Source: Nanobdellati archaeon
GTDB taxonomy: Archaea; EX4484-52; WAPT01
Direction: 5' to 3'
Assembly (NCBI GenBank): GCA_015520605.1
Contig: WAPT01000016.1
Coordinates: forward strand, 1 to 52,322
DNA: 52,322 bases
The position numbers and the translations under genes are program-made. Shown here in pieces: positions 28,825-38,335 of this stretch (position 1 is the first letter of the stretch; the number at the start of each line of letters is the position of its first letter). The notes beneath the pieces were generated by a model. The model had not been told where the DNA came from. It searched no databases and saw only the letters and a program-made list of their open reading frames with translations.

Positions 28825-29121
28825 TTGTTAAATATTTTCCATTTTGTGCGGTGGGGCAAAGTGGGGAGGAAATTCAAAATATGTGATGTGTGTAAAAGAA
28901 GGTTTCACAGAGAGCAGGAAAACAGGTTGCAAATAATAAAGAGGCTTAAAAAGGGTAAGGTAGAGTTCTGGGTGTGTAATAAGTGTTCGCCTGCCGTCGC
29001 AAAGGCGCTGAGAGAGCAGTTCAACATTCAGATTTACATACCCGAAAAAGATGAGGAAGAGGATAAGGATAAAGAAAATGCAGGCATGACTTCCGATAAA
29101 AAGGAAGAAGAAAGCTCATGA
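28825..29121 (+). CDS. Small zinc-finger protein (CxxC...CxxC) with acidic tail
   Basis: ICDVC...VCNKC; the true start may be GTG28861. Confidence 0.6.
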   Translation: MLNIFHFVRWGKVGRKFKICDVCKRRFHREQENRLQIIKRLKKGKVEFWVCNKCSPAVAKALREQFNIQIYIPEKDEEEDKDKENAGMTSDKKEEESS

Positions 29122-29127
29122 TGTTTT

Positions 29128-29709
29128 TTAGGAGAGTCTTTTGCCATCCAGATTCTTGAAATACCGCGAAAGTATCGCATACCTAAGATGTTTTATGAAT
29201 TCTTGTTCATACTTTCTTCGAAAGCGCATGACAAAGGAAGGATGGTATGTAATCATGATCTTTCTTCCATTACAGGTCATCAGCATCCCTGCTGCCTCCC
29301 TTAGCCTGATCTCCCTTCCAAGCAGGCTGTAAGCCGCAGAACTTCCAAGGCAAATTATAACCTGCGGTTTAATTATCTCTATCTGTTTTAGCAAATACGG
29401 TCTGCACGCCTCAATTTCTTTCTTTGTTGGCTTCCTGTTCTGGGGAGGTCTGCACTTTACGGCATTTGTTATGTATACTTCAACCCTATCAATACCTAAC
29501 TCCCACAGGGCGTTTGTGAGATATTTACCGGCAGCGCCCACAAACGGTCTGCCGGTTTCGTCCTCTTTTTTTCCCGGAGCCTCACCCACAAGCATGATTG
29601 AAGCCGTATCGTTCCCTTCCCCAAAAACGGGGCTTCTGCGGTATTTATGGAGGGGACACCGCTCACAGCGCTTTACTTCCCTCATCACTTCAAAAAGTTC
29701 GAGTGTCAT
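29128..29709 (-). CDS. udg: Uracil-DNA glycosylase family 4 (Fe-S)
   Basis: CERCPL, VGEAPG..ED..GRPFVGAAG, ITNAVKCRPP, TYHPS. Confidence 0.95.
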   Translation of the reverse strand: MTLELFEVMREVKRCERCPLHKYRRSPVFGEGNDTASIMLVGEAPGKKEDETGRPFVGAAGKYLTNALWELGIDRVEVYITNAVKCRPPQNRKPTKKEIEACRPYLLKQIEIIKPQVIICLGSSAAYSLLGREIRLREAAGMLMTCNGRKIMITYHPSFVMRFRRKYEQEFIKHLRYAILSRYFKNLDGKRLS

Positions 29710-29787
29710 GATTTAAGATAGATTGTGACCACCATAAAAAGATTTCTACAGGCATGAATGTGCAAGGTAGATCTTACTTCTACTTTC

Positions 29788-30693
29788 TTATCCCCCTTTC
29801 CCCTGCATAAGAGTGCAAAAGAAGCACACATCTCTTCCCTTGATTGTGGGCATACCGCAGATCCTGCAAGGTACTAGACTTGCTTCCTCAATATTCTTCT
29901 GGAACGCTTTTTTACCCCTTCTCAGAAACCCAAAATAGAATTGTTGCTTTACTGACGGTATCCTTTTCTCAAGCTGGTTAAATATGTTCTTGAGCTGAAT
30001 TGAAAGAGCACCCCTTGAATACGGGCACTTCTCATCGACAAAAGGAATGTTGTTGATCATGACATACAGCCTGCATTCCTCATCAGTCAGCCTGTAAAGG
30101 GGTTTTGCCTTTCTCACCAGGCCTTCTCCTGCATCAAGCAGCACGTCCTGTCGAGATATCTGCTCGAGATCCCAGCTCAACAGGGATGCGGGTAAGAAAG
30201 CACAGCAGTCATCAAGGGTATGCGCCGTCACAACACAATCCATCTCATGCTCCAAGGCCACCCGGTTCATCACGTACCTCTTTACAGTACCGCAGATCCT
30301 GCACGGCACAAGCTTTTTCCTTTCCTTAATGAGAGTCGGGAGGCTTTTTCCGTGCCTTTCCTTTAAATCATAGACTATAAGTTCCGCGCCTTTCTCCTTT
30401 GCAAACTTTTCAACAACCTCTCTGGAACTGCGTGAGTACTGTCCTATGCCCAAATCTATGTGAAGCGCGATAACCCTGTATCCTTTTTCCAAAAGCACAT
30501 TCCAGAGAGACATGCTGTCCTTGCCTCCCGAAATCGCAACCAGAACATTTTCATCTTTCCGGAAGATATCAAACTCTTCGATGGCGCGTTCCACCTGTCT
30601 CTCAAAATAGAGAGTATAGCATTTCTCACAAAAGCTCGTTCTGTGCCTCCTGAGCCTCACAGAAGCTCCCACTCCACACCTCACACACTTCAT
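29788..30693 (-). CDS. ttuA: TtuA/Ncs6-family tRNA 2-thiolation protein
   Basis: N- and C-terminal Zn fingers, AISGGKDS PP-loop, PCRICG, HTLDD, CPYS. Confidence 0.82.
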   Translation of the reverse strand: MKCVRCGVGASVRLRRHRTSFCEKCYTLYFERQVERAIEEFDIFRKDENVLVAISGGKDSMSLWNVLLEKGYRVIALHIDLGIGQYSRSSREVVEKFAKEKGAELIVYDLKERHGKSLPTLIKERKKLVPCRICGTVKRYVMNRVALEHEMDCVVTAHTLDDCCAFLPASLLSWDLEQISRQDVLLDAGEGLVRKAKPLYRLTDEECRLYVMINNIPFVDEKCPYSRGALSIQLKNIFNQLEKRIPSVKQQFYFGFLRRGKKAFQKNIEEASLVPCRICGMPTIKGRDVCFFCTLMQGKGG

Positions 30694-31481
30694 GCCACTC
30701 GCCTTGACACCATTATAAAGCCTGTATGGGCCACCATTCTCTCCTTAGGACGAGCACGTTTTTCATCCATTATCCACTCCCTAACGAGAACTTCCATGCA
30801 CTTTATATCCGTGTACTTGCCGCTCCTCTTCATTGCCTCGTAAGTCTTTTGGAGCTGCGGCACGTTGGTCATGTAACATACCAGAACCCCTCCGGGAACG
30901 AGAGCCTCGGTAATGTTATCTATTACGTTCCACGGATCCAAGAGGTCAAGAACAGCTCTATCAAACTTCTGCCTCAGAGAGACCTCCTTCATATCACCCG
31001 CAACAAGAGCAAGATTAGACGGCATACCTGAAAAAAATCCCTCTATGTTCCGCTTCGCTATGCGCAGGAAATCCTTCCTTTTCTCCAGCGAGAGGACAAA
31101 ACCTTTCTTGTTCACTGCCTCGACCAGAAAGCATGTCATGGCTCCCGAGCCCGTTCCCGCCTCAAGCACTCGCATCCCACTCCTTATGTCCCCGTAAGTT
31201 ATTATAGCGGAAGCGTCTTTTGGATATATTATCTGTGCCCCCCTCTTCATTTTTTTAAGGATGTACTCATGCAGAGCCGGCCTGAAAATGAACAGCTCAT
31301 CCCCCCCGGAAGTCTCAACCCTCTCTCCATAACGCTTCTTTCCAACGATATCGGTAAAATTCACAACCCCCAGGTGCGTGGCAAGGGCGTCATGTTCCCT
31401 CACTCTCGCTATCCAGTATTTGCCTTTTCTGGAAACAAATGTAACCAGATCGCCATTCTGTACTACGATTTTTTCCTCCAT
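30690..31481 (-). CDS. trmI: tRNA (adenine57/58-N1)-methyltransferase
   Basis: MKRGAQIIYPKD, VLEAGTGSGA, LDLLDPW, RMVAHTGF. Confidence 0.95.
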   Translation of the reverse strand: MEEKIVVQNGDLVTFVSRKGKYWIARVREHDALATHLGVVNFTDIVGKKRYGERVETSGGDELFIFRPALHEYILKKMKRGAQIIYPKDASAIITYGDIRSGMRVLEAGTGSGAMTCFLVEAVNKKGFVLSLEKRKDFLRIAKRNIEGFFSGMPSNLALVAGDMKEVSLRQKFDRAVLDLLDPWNVIDNITEALVPGGVLVCYMTNVPQLQKTYEAMKRSGKYTDIKCMEVLVREWIMDEKRARPKERMVAHTGFIMVSRRVA

Positions 31482-31514
31482 ATAGAGGGAATATTTCAGA
31501 AACATTAAATGATT

Positions 31515-32555
31515 TTAGCGATCCGCTCTTGTGGGAACAGCGGAAATGACGGAACCCAAGAGCATGCACAAAAAAATATTGGTCAGTGTGATTCCCGGCA
31601 TCGCGCTTGCTGAACCTCCGGTGGGCGGGTTTTTCACATGAACCACAACCTCCCCCCGATACGTAACCCCGCTACCGAGAACTGTTGCGGTGACGTTGAA
31701 ATTATAATAGCCGGCGTATGGCACATCCATATCTATGGGTACGAACTTCTTCTCTCCACCCCCCAGATAAATTTCTATGGATCTTCTATCGGTCTCGTTT
31801 CGAAACTGTTTTCTCTCGGTAAAATAAATGTTACCCTGAAGTTGTATGTTGGTAAACGTTATTTTCAGTAAAACTCGGGTGGGTGCCTGCCCGAGGTTTT
31901 TTACCCCCACCACCATCCTGTAGGGTGTGTGCGCGGTTATAGTTATCATGTTTGATTCCGGAGTAAATAACATCACCTTAGAAGGAGTAGACGGCGGACT
32001 CCATGCAGAAGAAAGCACTTCACAGCATAACCTGTAAGCGATGGTGTTGTTGTATGCCGAACAGTTTCCGGCATGAGCGTTTACATCGGAGGACAAGGTT
32101 AGAAGGCATGCTTCATTTCCACCACAGCTATTCACGGCGGAGATGAGATGGCATGAGAAGAGCGCCTGTCTCACATCAATACAGAGAGCATAGGGATAAA
32201 AGGTGTAGGAACAGTTAGCGACGTGGGCGTTGATTGGTCCGCTTAGTCTTATCACGCACTCGTGGTTTTGCGAACAGTTTCCGCTGGAAAGCTGCACATC
32301 CGCACGATATGGTGTGAAATCGCAGCAAAGAACATAGGGGTAGAGGGAAGGATCAGCACTGATATTGGCCACATGAGCATTGGTGGTGCTGCTCAACCTT
32401 AAAAGAGCTTGACCTGAAGGACAGTTTATAGCATGATAAATCCCGCATGAAAAAGCGAAGGAAAGCGAAGAAAAAAACAACATGATGCTTGTGAACGCAA
32501 AAAAGAGTATTATGAAGACAACTACAAGAGTTTCGGTCGTAACGGGGTATTTCAT
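31515..32555 (-). CDS. Secreted/surface protein with three Cys-rich 'NAH' repeats, an Ig-like domain and a C-terminal TM anchor
   Basis: Hydrophobic N-terminal signal; LS..NAH at aa 59, 109, 159; C-terminal MPG + hydrophobic helix. Confidence 0.8.
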   Translation of the reverse strand: MKYPVTTETLVVVFIILFFAFTSIMLFFSSLSFAFSCGIYHAINCPSGQALLRLSSTTNAHVANISADPSLYPYVLCCDFTPYRADVQLSSGNCSQNHECVIRLSGPINAHVANCSYTFYPYALCIDVRQALFSCHLISAVNSCGGNEACLLTLSSDVNAHAGNCSAYNNTIAYRLCCEVLSSAWSPPSTPSKVMLFTPESNMITITAHTPYRMVVGVKNLGQAPTRVLLKITFTNIQLQGNIYFTERKQFRNETDRRSIEIYLGGGEKKFVPIDMDVPYAGYYNFNVTATVLGSGVTYRGEVVVHVKNPPTGGSASAMPGITLTNIFLCMLLGSVISAVPTRADR

Positions 32556-32641
32556 GGTTCATATTTCATCGTCTCAAAAATATATAGATTTGGCTTTACG
32601 ACTTCGCTGTTTTTCTTTTAAAAATTTACCAGATTAGAAAG

Positions 32642-34006
32642 ATGGGTATGGTGTCCGTGCTGGAGCTCGGAAAGAAGATAATGTGTATGGGATATATCTG
32701 CGATCGCTGCCTCGGAAGACAGTTCGCGGAGCTTCTGACCGGAATGGACAATGCAGAGAGAGGCAGGATAGTAAGGCTAAGTGTGGCGATGGAGATAGAT
32801 AGGATTGCTGCAGATCCTGAAGAATTGAAGAAGTTTGAAGAAGATGAAAGCGAGAAAATACGGGTGGAGAATTTTGTGGGCATCACATTCCATAACAATA
32901 AGCATCTCAATATCCAGCTGAAGGAAGTTGATAAGGAGAATCTTGAATGCTTCCTGTGCGGGAACATTATGGAAAGGTTGGATGAGATGGCCAGAAACGT
33001 CGTGAAGGAACTTGAAGGCTACGAGTTTGAGACCTTCCTTGTTGGTGTGAAGCTACCAGAACACATAGAAAGTGCTGAAGCAAAACTATGGGAGGAAATC
33101 GGCGGCATTTATGCTGAAAGCATAAGAAATGAGATAACAAGGGAAGTTGGCAAGAGGGTGCAGCAACTAACGGGAAAAAAGGTGGAGTTCAAAAAACCAG
33201 ACGTAACCGTCATTTTAAACCTCCAGAGGAATGTAATAGAACTTATAGTGTCTTCCCTCTACATTTACGGCAGATACAACAAATACAAGGAAATGCCTCA
33301 AGCGAGATGGGTGTGCAGACACTGTAACGGAGTGGGGTGTAAAAGGTGCGAGTGGAAGGGTAGGCTTTACGATGACAGCGTTCAGGATAGAATAGGGGAA
33401 ATCCTGCTGGAGATGACAAAAGGTGTGGATACTAAAATTCATGGGGCTGGTAGGGAGGATATTGATGCACTCTGCACTGGATGGAGGGAATTCGTTATCG
33501 AGATCCTCGAACCGAGAAAAAGGAAGATAGATCTCAAAAAGGCAGAGAAGGAAATCAATAAGAGAAACAAGGGAGTTGTTGAGGTTAAGGATCTGAAGAT
33601 TGTGGATAAGGACATGGTCAGGATAATCAAAGAGAAGCGTTCCAAAAAGATTTACGAAGCCATCGTGAGGTTCGAAAAGGAGATAGATGAGGAGGAGTTG
33701 AAAAAACTGAAGGGCTTTCAGGCTGTGATCTCGCAAAAAACCCCGACCAGGGTGCTGCACAGAAGGAGTGATAAGGTCAGGAAAAGAAGGGTAAAGATAG
33801 TTGATGTGGAGAGGATTGACGAAAGAAGGGCAAAGATGATAATAGAAGCTGATGCCGGCACATATATAAAGGAATTTGTTAATGGAGATGGCGGTAGAAC
33901 AAGGCCTTCCGTAGCAGAACTTCTCAACTCTGAATGTGAAGTGGAAAAGCTGATCGTTGCGGGTTTCATAGACAATGAGAACAGCTCCGGAGGAAAACAA
34001 AAGTAA
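32642..34006 (+). CDS. pus10: tRNA pseudouridine(54/55) synthase Pus10
   Basis: CDRCLGRQF, YIYGRYNK, HGAGREDID, SQKTPTRVLHRR, GTYIKEFV.GD.GRT.PS. Confidence 0.95.
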   Translation: MGMVSVLELGKKIMCMGYICDRCLGRQFAELLTGMDNAERGRIVRLSVAMEIDRIAADPEELKKFEEDESEKIRVENFVGITFHNNKHLNIQLKEVDKENLECFLCGNIMERLDEMARNVVKELEGYEFETFLVGVKLPEHIESAEAKLWEEIGGIYAESIRNEITREVGKRVQQLTGKKVEFKKPDVTVILNLQRNVIELIVSSLYIYGRYNKYKEMPQARWVCRHCNGVGCKRCEWKGRLYDDSVQDRIGEILLEMTKGVDTKIHGAGREDIDALCTGWREFVIEILEPRKRKIDLKKAEKEINKRNKGVVEVKDLKIVDKDMVRIIKEKRSKKIYEAIVRFEKEIDEEELKKLKGFQAVISQKTPTRVLHRRSDKVRKRRVKIVDVERIDERRAKMIIEADAGTYIKEFVNGDGGRTRPSVAELLNSECEVEKLIVAGFIDNENSSGGKQK

Positions 34007-34078
34007 GCCCTCATCTTCGATCCGGGCAATTTTAAAAATTTATTGTTCTATATTTTGTGGTGTTACAGGTGATAGCCA

Positions 34079-34381
34079 ATGGTCAGAAAGGCCAAGGGTC
34101 CCCGTGCCGGTACAAGGAGGCTTCTAAGAAAAAAGGAGAAAAGGAGACTAACTGTAAATGATGTTATGAAGAGTTTCAACATTGGAGATTACGTAGCCAT
34201 CAAAATCAATCCCTCAGTACACAAAGGTATGCCTCACCCAAGATTCCATGGAAGAACAGGCAGAGTTATTGAGAAGAGATGTATGAGCTATGTCGTTGAA
34301 ATAAGGGACGGTGGTAAGCTTAAGAAAGTGATTACCAGGCCGGAACACCTCAAACCCGTTCAAGTGGTGCGTTCTGAATGA
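34079..34381 (+). CDS. rpl21e: 50S ribosomal protein L21e
   Basis: KGMPHPRFHGRTG, RPEHLKP. Confidence 0.97.
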   Translation: MVRKAKGPRAGTRRLLRKKEKRRLTVNDVMKSFNIGDYVAIKINPSVHKGMPHPRFHGRTGRVIEKRCMSYVVEIRDGGKLKKVITRPEHLKPVQVVRSE

Positions 34382-34396
34382 CGGAGGTGGATGCTC

Positions 34397-34837
34397 ATGA
34401 AGATCCTTGAGGAAGAAGCGATAAGCTACGCTGAGGCAAAGGAGATTATGGAATCCGTTGAAAAAGAAACGCAGGAAATGGGTTACGAGCAGAAAATCAC
34501 GCTGGATTTTCTGAGGAGCTGTGTTATTCTTGATGCTGAAAGTGCCAGAGAAGCCAAAGAAGAGCTGAAGAAGGAAATTCCCGAGCTGAAGGATACACAC
34601 ATAGCCATGATCCTTAATATCCTTCCAGAAGAGGAAGAGGATGTCAAGATAATCTTCGCTAAGGAGAGGATAGAGCTGGACGAAACTAAAATGAAGGAGA
34701 TTTTGGAAATTGTAGCAAAGATAAGACCAGAGGAGAGAATAACCTACAAACCTTTCGGTGCAGCAGTAAGAAAGGATGAAACTGCTTCTGAGGGAGAACT
34801 TTCCGAAGGCGAGACAAAGGAAAATGAAACGACCTAG
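34397..34837 (+). CDS. rpoF: RNA polymerase subunit Rpo4 (F)
   Basis: EEAISYAEAKEI, YEQKITLDFL, ILNILPE; conserved pus10-rpl21e-rpoF-DUF655-ksgA order; GGAGGTG SD. Confidence 0.9.
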   Translation: MKILEEEAISYAEAKEIMESVEKETQEMGYEQKITLDFLRSCVILDAESAREAKEELKKEIPELKDTHIAMILNILPEEEEDVKIIFAKERIELDETKMKEILEIVAKIRPEERITYKPFGAAVRKDETASEGELSEGETKENETT

Positions 34838-34899
34838 TTCTGGTTAGGAAGAAGATATCATTTATAAAATTTCTTTGCAGAATTAAAGTTAAAAAGCAG

Positions 34900-35484
34900 G
34901 TGTTGCTCATGATAACTCCGAGGAAACCCAAGGAAGAATGGGCGTATGTTCTGGACTTTCTACCGGTAGGACACCCCGCAAACAGAGAGCGGAGGCCCAT
35001 AGCTCAAGTAATAGGCACGGAATACTTCACCCTTCTGGAGATTGCGCCAAAACCAGGAGTGAAGCTGGAAGTTATGGAAAAGGTGTACATCGGGGAGGGA
35101 AAAAGGGATAAGATAGCGAGCATAATAAGGAAAATCCCACCCTCAAGACTTACTGCTGCTGCTTACGGAGAGCTCGAATACGCAATAGAGAAAATCGTGG
35201 AGGAGAATGAAAAGAAGTTCGTGGAATTTTTTAACACAGCATCACCCATAACCACCAAACTTCATCAGCTTGAGCTTTTACCCGGAATAGGTAAAAAACA
35301 TATGTGGGAGATAATCGAGGAAAGGAAGAAAAAACCCTTTGAGAGCTTCGAAAACATAAAGAAAAGAGTACCTACCCTTCCGGATCCAAAGAAAGCAATA
35401 ATAAAAAGAATTATGGAAGAGTTGGAAGGTGAGGAAGAGAAGTGGTATCTCTTCGTTCCAAGAAGATCCCGAGAGTTGTTCTGA
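34900..35484 (+). CDS. DUF655 RNA-binding protein
   Basis: EEWAYVLDFL, AQVIG..YFTLLE, LHQLELLPGIGKK. Confidence 0.93.
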   Translation: MLLMITPRKPKEEWAYVLDFLPVGHPANRERRPIAQVIGTEYFTLLEIAPKPGVKLEVMEKVYIGEGKRDKIASIIRKIPPSRLTAAAYGELEYAIEKIVEENEKKFVEFFNTASPITTKLHQLELLPGIGKKHMWEIIEERKKKPFESFENIKKRVPTLPDPKKAIIKRIMEELEGEEEKWYLFVPRRSRELF

Positions 35485-35555
35485 TTTAAAAAACTTAAAG
35501 TTTGACGGGCATTCTTCATCCCTGATTGTCACATTTTTCTGGAGAGCTGGAGACC

Positions 35556-36404
35556 ATGAGAGCCTCCGAAATTTTCCGGAAATATGACATAATGCCAAAC
35601 AAAAAGCTGGGGCAGCACTTTCTCATAGACAAGAATATAATACGAAAGGAGGTTGAACTTGCAGAGGTTAGGAAGGATGATGTCATTCTCGAGATAGGTG
35701 CTGGCTTCGGCATGCTCACAGAAGAGCTGCTTGAGCACGCCAAAAAAGTGATTGCCATTGAAAAGGATCCCAAACTTGTTGAAGTTCTCGGAGAAGAATT
35801 CGAGAGTCAGATCGAGGAAGGCAGGCTAGAGGTGATAGAAGGCGATGTTTTGGAAATTGAGTTTCCATTCTTCACCAAATGTGTGTCTAACATACCTTAC
35901 AGTATATCCTCTCCTATTGTTGAAAAGCTTTGTAATTATGGGAAGGATTCCACTTTGTGTGTACAGAAGGATTTTGGAGAGAGACTGGTGGCTCATCCCG
36001 GTGATAGGAATTACTCAAGGATAACGGTGCTTGTGAGGTTTTACTTTGAGCCCTACTATATTTACACCGTGTCGCGCTCCTGCTTCTTACCAACTCCAAA
36101 GGTAGATTCCTGTATTGTCAGGCTCATTCCACGAAAGGAACATCCCGTAAGCATGAGAGATAGAGAGTGTTTTTTCGGAATGGTGAGAGCGCTTTTCACT
36201 CACAAAAAGAAGAGCGTTAAAAACGCTTTCTTCAGCTCGAGGGTGTTCCTCGGCCTTGAAAAAGAGGATGCCAAGAAAGTTTTTGAGCACGTTCCTTATG
36301 CGGACAGAAAAGTCTTCCAGTTGAGCATGGAGGAACTTGTGGGCATCTTTGAGTGGTGTAAAGACCAAAAATTAAAATTCGGAAAAACTAAAAATGTGTC
36401 ATGA
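35556..36404 (+). CDS. rsmA: 16S rRNA (adenine-N6,N6)-dimethyltransferase KsgA/Dim1
   Basis: KKLGQHFL, LEIGAGFG, SNIPYSISSP, PKVDS. Confidence 0.95.
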   Translation: MRASEIFRKYDIMPNKKLGQHFLIDKNIIRKEVELAEVRKDDVILEIGAGFGMLTEELLEHAKKVIAIEKDPKLVEVLGEEFESQIEEGRLEVIEGDVLEIEFPFFTKCVSNIPYSISSPIVEKLCNYGKDSTLCVQKDFGERLVAHPGDRNYSRITVLVRFYFEPYYIYTVSRSCFLPTPKVDSCIVRLIPRKEHPVSMRDRECFFGMVRALFTHKKKSVKNAFFSSRVFLGLEKEDAKKVFEHVPYADRKVFQLSMEELVGIFEWCKDQKLKFGKTKNVS

Positions 36405-37063
36405 AGCTTATAGAGTATCTGAAAATGAGACACCCATCAGCGTCGGAAGATCTTATTCTTGCATACATAAAGGAGGGGTTCGTAAAGATTGACGGTAACG
36501 AAATAACAAACCCTTTCTACAATGTGGAAGGTAGAACCGAAAAACTGGAACTCGTAGGGGAGTATATTCTGGAGAAGGACACAGATTGGTTGTGTATGCG
36601 GAAGATAGACAGGGAGCTTCTCAACCTCAACCCCACGAACAGGATTCTGGGATTCGAATTGAGACAGGGGTATGTAGATTACATTCTGGAAAGAAAGGCC
36701 GACGTTGTGGTGTTGAACTTTTTTGACCATGACCTTAAAAATTATGTGGAGGTTCATGTAGGCAACCTGTTTCAGGAGGATTTCTCCCCCATTCTCAAGG
36801 GGAAGTTCGACGTTATACTTAGCTTTGTGCGCTCGAACCCCGTTAGGATATTCGGACTTGTGGAAAACTACAAAAGCTTTCTGATGCATGATTCCAGAGT
36901 TGTTGTGTTGGTAAACCTAAGTGAGTACGAGTCTCTGAAAGATATCAAGAGGGCTTTCAATGAAGCTGCCAGCTTTGTTGGTTTCCAGCTCGTCAAGCAT
37001 GCAACAATTCTTTCCGGCTCTCTTGTTGGAATGCTCTTTACAAAAAAGGAGGTGAGACTGTGA
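36401..37063 (+). CDS. S4-domain protein with degenerate Rossmann/methyltransferase-like C-terminus (TlyA-like architecture)
   Basis: IKEGFVKIDG.EITNPFYNV S4-like segment; GKFDVILS; no glycine-rich SAM motif. Confidence 0.5.
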   Translation: MKLIEYLKMRHPSASEDLILAYIKEGFVKIDGNEITNPFYNVEGRTEKLELVGEYILEKDTDWLCMRKIDRELLNLNPTNRILGFELRQGYVDYILERKADVVVLNFFDHDLKNYVEVHVGNLFQEDFSPILKGKFDVILSFVRSNPVRIFGLVENYKSFLMHDSRVVVLVNLSEYESLKDIKRAFNEAASFVGFQLVKHATILSGSLVGMLFTKKEVRL

Positions 37064-37413
37064 TTCTGAACTCACCAATCTTAATTATTCTGTTATCCGC
37101 CGCGGTTTTCTTTCTCACCATGCTTGCTGTGGAACAGAGAAAAAGAATCAAGAAGATTGAGAGCGAACTGCTCAGCAGGAGCGTTGTAAGCGGGAAGGTC
37201 GCCGAACAGCTTGCTCCCTTCCTTCAGGAGTTTCGCGACAACCTGAGGAACTTCAGGTTCATAGGAAGCCCCATCGATGGCATAATTTTCGGGGATGATG
37301 AAATAACCTTTGTGGAGGTGAAAACAGGGAACTCGAACCTCACGGAAAGGCAGAAAAGAATAAAAAAACTCATTCAGGAAAAGAAGGTAAGCTGGAAGGA
37401 GGTAAGGTTGTGA
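37060..37413 (+). CDS. Membrane-anchored PD-(D/E)xK Holliday-junction-resolvase-like protein
   Basis: N-terminal TM; SRSVVSGKVAEQLAPF, FIGSPIDGIIF, FVEVKTG, LTERQ. Confidence 0.85.
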   Translation: MILNSPILIILLSAAVFFLTMLAVEQRKRIKKIESELLSRSVVSGKVAEQLAPFLQEFRDNLRNFRFIGSPIDGIIFGDDEITFVEVKTGNSNLTERQKRIKKLIQEKKVSWKEVRL

Positions 37414-37985
37414 TGCTACGCTATTTTGATGCGCGGGAGATAAAAGAACTCCTCATCTCGGCAATGGTCGCCTGTTTTGTTTTCAGCTTCGATGAGATCA
37501 TCAGCGGTCATTTCATGGAGGTTCTGGGGTTAAGTATAGCCATTTTCCTTGGTTTTGTTCTGCATGAAAGTGCTCACAAGATCGCTGCAATAAAGCTGGG
37601 GAATTATGCCCGCTTCGTAATGTGGAGAGAAGGTTTGTTGTTTGCGATTTTTCTCGCATTCATAACGATGGGTCATTTTGTTTTCATAGCTCCCGGCGCG
37701 GTTTACATCGGGAGCCTGGGAATGAGAAGAATCGGCTCAAGGGAAAATGCCATAATCTCGGCTGCCGGTCCCATCACCAATATAATTCTTGCAGCGGTCT
37801 TTGCCGTTCTCTTCATCCTTTTCAAAAACCCTGTTTTTGCGATGGTCACACTGGTTAACGGTTATCTCGCCTTTTTCAACCTCCTGCCGATTCCGCCCCT
37901 TGACGGCTCAAAAATCATATGGTACAGCATACCGATGTGGATTGCGCTCATGCTGCCTGCGGTGTACTTCGCATTTATCTTTTAG
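37410..37985 (+). CDS. Site-2 protease (M50) family membrane metalloprotease
   Basis: LHESAH, AGPITN, FNLLPIPPLDG. Confidence 0.93.
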   Translation: MMLRYFDAREIKELLISAMVACFVFSFDEIISGHFMEVLGLSIAIFLGFVLHESAHKIAAIKLGNYARFVMWREGLLFAIFLAFITMGHFVFIAPGAVYIGSLGMRRIGSRENAIISAAGPITNIILAAVFAVLFILFKNPVFAMVTLVNGYLAFFNLLPIPPLDGSKIIWYSIPMWIALMLPAVYFAFIF

Positions 37986-38041
37986 TGGAAATATACCGGG
38001 TTCTAAAAATTTATATTGGGGTTGAGCGCAACAATTAAAGC

Positions 38042-38335
38042 ATGCTGATAGAGATTCTCAATGTTTTCAAGGAGATGCTTCTAACCATGGGGAGTAGTGC
38101 TGTCGGTACGGGCAACAAGATAATATCCATGTTCTTCCAGATACTCTGCATAATAAAGTCTCAACTTCCCTACGCATCTCCATTCGAGATTGTACTCACA
38201 CTGTTATTCTTCGGTATGATACTGCTTATAGTGCTGAACACCGTCGTTGGGTCAATAAGGACGCTCACAATGATCGGTATTATAGTTATAGGGATGCTGA
38301 TCTTCATTAGTATTCTAAACGGTACACTTTTTTAA
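38042..38335 (+). CDS. Small membrane protein
   Basis: Two or three hydrophobic helices; TTTATA box upstream. Confidence 0.65.
   Translation: MLIEILNVFKEMLLTMGSSAVGTGNKIISMFFQILCIIKSQLPYASPFEIVLTLLFFGMILLIVLNTVVGSIRTLTMIGIIVIGMLIFISILNGTLF

Noticed and set aside
33215-34000. Long antisense ORFs (also 38741..39766, 45398..46300, 14964..15632)
   Set aside because: Shadows of well-supported genes on the opposite strand, with no motifs.
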